Part shown: piece after piece, positions 27,510-29,906 of the stretch
Position numbering within the stretch: position 1 is the stretch's first letter
Layout of the letters: each line of letters opens with the position of its first letter
Source of the DNA: a virus
Lineage: Duplodnaviria; Heunggongvirae; Uroviricota; Caudoviricetes
DNA length: 29,906 bases
Direction: 5' to 3' (one strand)
IMG/VR virus record: IMGVR_UViG_2778261574_000001
Coordinates: 1-29,906 of that record
Notes under the pieces: generated by a model
Told to the model about the DNA's origin: nothing
Database searches by the model: none
Seen by the model: only the letters and a program-made list of their open reading frames with translations
Position numbers and translations under genes: made by a program

Positions 27510-28264
27510 TGTCTATTCCTCAGTTAATGTCTTCATGGCTATTTTTAACGTTATTACTGTTTGTCACTATAAAAAATCGCTCATTTGAGACATTTGCTGA
27601 CATTAACTGTTTCACATGCTACGCATGGAACTTTTAATTAAATAAGCACAAGAATGTTAAATTTAATAAACAAAAGGTTATTTCTCTGTATGATAAAAAT
27701 CACCCGTTATGACTTATTAGTGAAATTCGTTTTTCGAGTGTTAGAAATTTATATCTAAATAGCGTTGATTAATGAGCAAAGCCAGACTCCTGTAACGCTC
27801 ACAAGACTCATCTGCCTGCGACGGGTATTCTGGTCAGTAGTAGATGTTTAAGGCGTGGCAGAGACATTTCATCCTTACGCTACGGCATTGGCCCGCATAC
27901 AAATCGTGGTTGTGACACTCACTTATCATCAGTGAGCGAACAGAGAATAGTTCAGTGATTTGAGTAATTAACCTGATTAAATGAAGAGGCATGATAAATG
28001 ATAATACTCTGGCTTTATCGTTAATTACTTAATTCCACATGTAAGCAATTTGCCCGCTTGGCATAGCAGGCATTTTTTCCAGGTACTTTTGAATGAGTAC
28101 TGATGGATAAATACATTGCAGTGGCGTGCCACGTACCAAAACACCAGCCCTCATTCGAAACCACCCACCGCACTTCTTCCTTGAAATGGCGTTAGTCATG
28201 AAATATAGACCGCCATCGAGTACCCCTTGTACCCTTAACTCTTCCTGATACGTAAATAATGATT

Positions 28265-28340
28265 TGGTGGCCCTTGCTGGACTTGAACCAGCGACCAAGC
28301 GATTATGAGTCGCCTGCTCTAACCACTGAGCTAAAGGGCC
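28265..28340 (-). tRNA. ileY: tRNA-Ile2 (anticodon CAU, lysidine-modified type), 76 nt with encoded CCA
   Basis: Minus strand GGCCCTTTAGCTCAGTGGTTAGAGCAGGCGACTCATAATCGCTTGGTCGCTGGTTCAAGTCCAGCAAGGGCCACCA folds into a cloverleaf (7-bp acceptor, D, anticodon loop CUCAUAA, T arm); near-identical to E. coli ileX/ileY as I recall. Anticodon alone cannot exclude tRNA-Met; the symbol is by synteny. Confidence 0.85.
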
Positions 28341-28899
28341 TTGAGTGTGCAATAACAATACTTATAAACCACGCAATAAACATGATGATCATATGATGTA
28401 AATAACAGATTTTTATGCGTTCTCATTCATCCTTGCTCGTCATTACACTCGACATAAAACCCGACACCGCTTCCATTCGCAAAGTCGATACTCGCAGTCA
28501 ACAAGCAAATGTTAATAATTAGCACTATCTATAGTTATCATCGATTCAATGATAGTTTGTAATGATTTTGTATCTAATAATATAACTTTATTACATTAGC
28601 TGAAGAGTTTTCGCATCATTATGATATCTGTTACTTTTCACTCCATAAAAATAAACTTCATATAGCAATATATTCTTTCATAGATCTTATTCTGCTAATC
28701 ATTAGTTTCGTATGAGCGATTTTTGACAGTTGCCTCTCCAGACCACATCGATAATTAATAAAACAGATTTAAGCATTATCCTTTTCCATATAAATATTGG
28801 ATAAAAGTAGGACATCTGTTTGCAATTACTTTCACAACAATTAAACATTTTTATGTTTCCGTATACATCATATTACTCTACCATTAGAGGAACTTTATT

Positions 28900-29862
28900 A
28901 TGTTTTCTATAAAACCAGGACCCAGAAATTTACCTATCGACAACCCCACATTGTTATCATGGAACATTACTGACGGGGATCTAAATTCCAAATTAAATAC
29001 ATTAGAATATCTAAACTGTATAACAAATATTATTAATTCTTGTGGAGTTTACCCTCAAGGATTAAAAGACAGAGAAATTATATCAACTTTTCACGCAGAA
29101 AAAGTTATTAATGATCTGTTAAAAAACGATTATAAAATTTCCCTTTCTCCAGATACAACTTATCGAGAGTTGAATAAAGCAGCACAGCGTAGCATTACAG
29201 CGCCAGACAGGATAGGAGAAGGAAAATCATGGGTTTATCAACGAGATACAATGATTGAAAGAGGTGATAACAGCGGTGTTCATCAGTATGGTCCTGCTGA
29301 ACATTTCACCCACATTATATCTGACAAACCGTCCCCAAAAGATGAGTATATTGCATATGCTATTAACATTCCTGACTATGAGCTGGCAGCCGATGTATAT
29401 AATATTAACGTGACGTCACCTTCCGAACAGCAAGAAACATTTAAAATACTAATCAATCCAGAACATCTACGGCAAACACTTGAGCGTAAATCTCTTACTG
29501 CTGTTCAGAAATCACAATGTGAAATCATCACCCCTAAAAAACCTGGCGAAGCGATTCTTCATGCTTTTAATGCCACCTACCAGCAAATCAGGGAAAATAT
29601 GTCTGAGTTTGCACGTTGCCATTATGGGTATATACAAATCCCTCCAGTGACAACTTTCCGCGCCGACGGACCAGAAACTCCCGAAGAAGAAAAGGGTTAC
29701 TGGTTTCATGCTTATCAACCCGAAGATCTTTGTACCATCCATAATCCAATGGGAGATTTGCAGGATTTTATTGCATTGGTTAAAGATGCTAAAAAATTTG
29801 GTATCGATATCATTCCTGATTATACCTTTAACTTTATGGGAATTGATCTTACCCAGCAATAG
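28900..29862 (+). CDS. Hypothetical protein whose C-terminal ~100 aa resemble the start of a GH13 (alpha-amylase-like) catalytic domain; probably truncated
   Basis: 320 aa; ...YGYIQIPPVTT...KGYWFHAYQPEDLCTIHNPMGDLQDFIALVKDAKKFGIDIIPDYTFNFMG then stop, resembling the first beta-strands of amylase-family enzymes but ending where the domain should continue. Confidence 0.4.
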   Translation: MFSIKPGPRNLPIDNPTLLSWNITDGDLNSKLNTLEYLNCITNIINSCGVYPQGLKDREIISTFHAEKVINDLLKNDYKISLSPDTTYRELNKAAQRSITAPDRIGEGKSWVYQRDTMIERGDNSGVHQYGPAEHFTHIISDKPSPKDEYIAYAINIPDYELAADVYNINVTSPSEQQETFKILINPEHLRQTLERKSLTAVQKSQCEIITPKKPGEAILHAFNATYQQIRENMSEFARCHYGYIQIPPVTTFRADGPETPEEEKGYWFHAYQPEDLCTIHNPMGDLQDFIALVKDAKKFGIDIIPDYTFNFMGIDLTQQ

Positions 29863-29906
29863 TGGACACGCGGCTAAGTGAGTAAACTCTCAGTCAGAGG
29901 TGACTC

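Noticed and set aside
28029-28358. 109-aa minus-strand ORF
   Set aside because: Its N-terminus is simply the translation of the tRNA-Ile gene (28265-28340); not a protein gene.

Overview
This window looks like an Escherichia/enterobacterial chromosome carrying most of a P2/186-family temperate prophage (about 1-21.8 kb), followed by a decayed flanking island. All calls rest on reading the supplied translations and sequence by eye; no database search or computation was run. The prophage reads, left to right: partial tail-fibre gene H, baseplate genes I-J-W-V, tail-completion S and R, the lysis cassette (nested spanins lysB/lysC, LysA, SAR-type endolysin, small holin), X, head genes L-M-N-O, then divergently terminase P and portal Q, a cos-like site, an AT-rich two-gene cargo cassette in the position P2 uses for old/tin, a LexA-boxed DinI/Tum-like module, replication gene A, an orphan Dam methylase, a TraR-like zinc finger, several small ORFs, replication gene B, a cox/apl-like gene, a CI-type repressor and the integrase. 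The integrase sits next to a 45-nt copy of the tmRNA (ssrA) 3' end, which I take to be attR. To the right lie an AIDA-type autotransporter interrupted at a C5 tract, a serine-invertase remnant, an AT-rich gene split at a T8/A8 tract, a tRNA-Ile(CAU) and a truncated amylase-like ORF. The best candidate for an undescribed system is the cargo cassette at 12601-13658: a 71-aa protein translationally coupled to a 280-aa protein with three N-terminal transmembrane helices, sitting in a known P2 anti-phage hotspot. Coordinates I derived by hand (RNA, att, operators, homopolymers) may be off by 1-2 nt.
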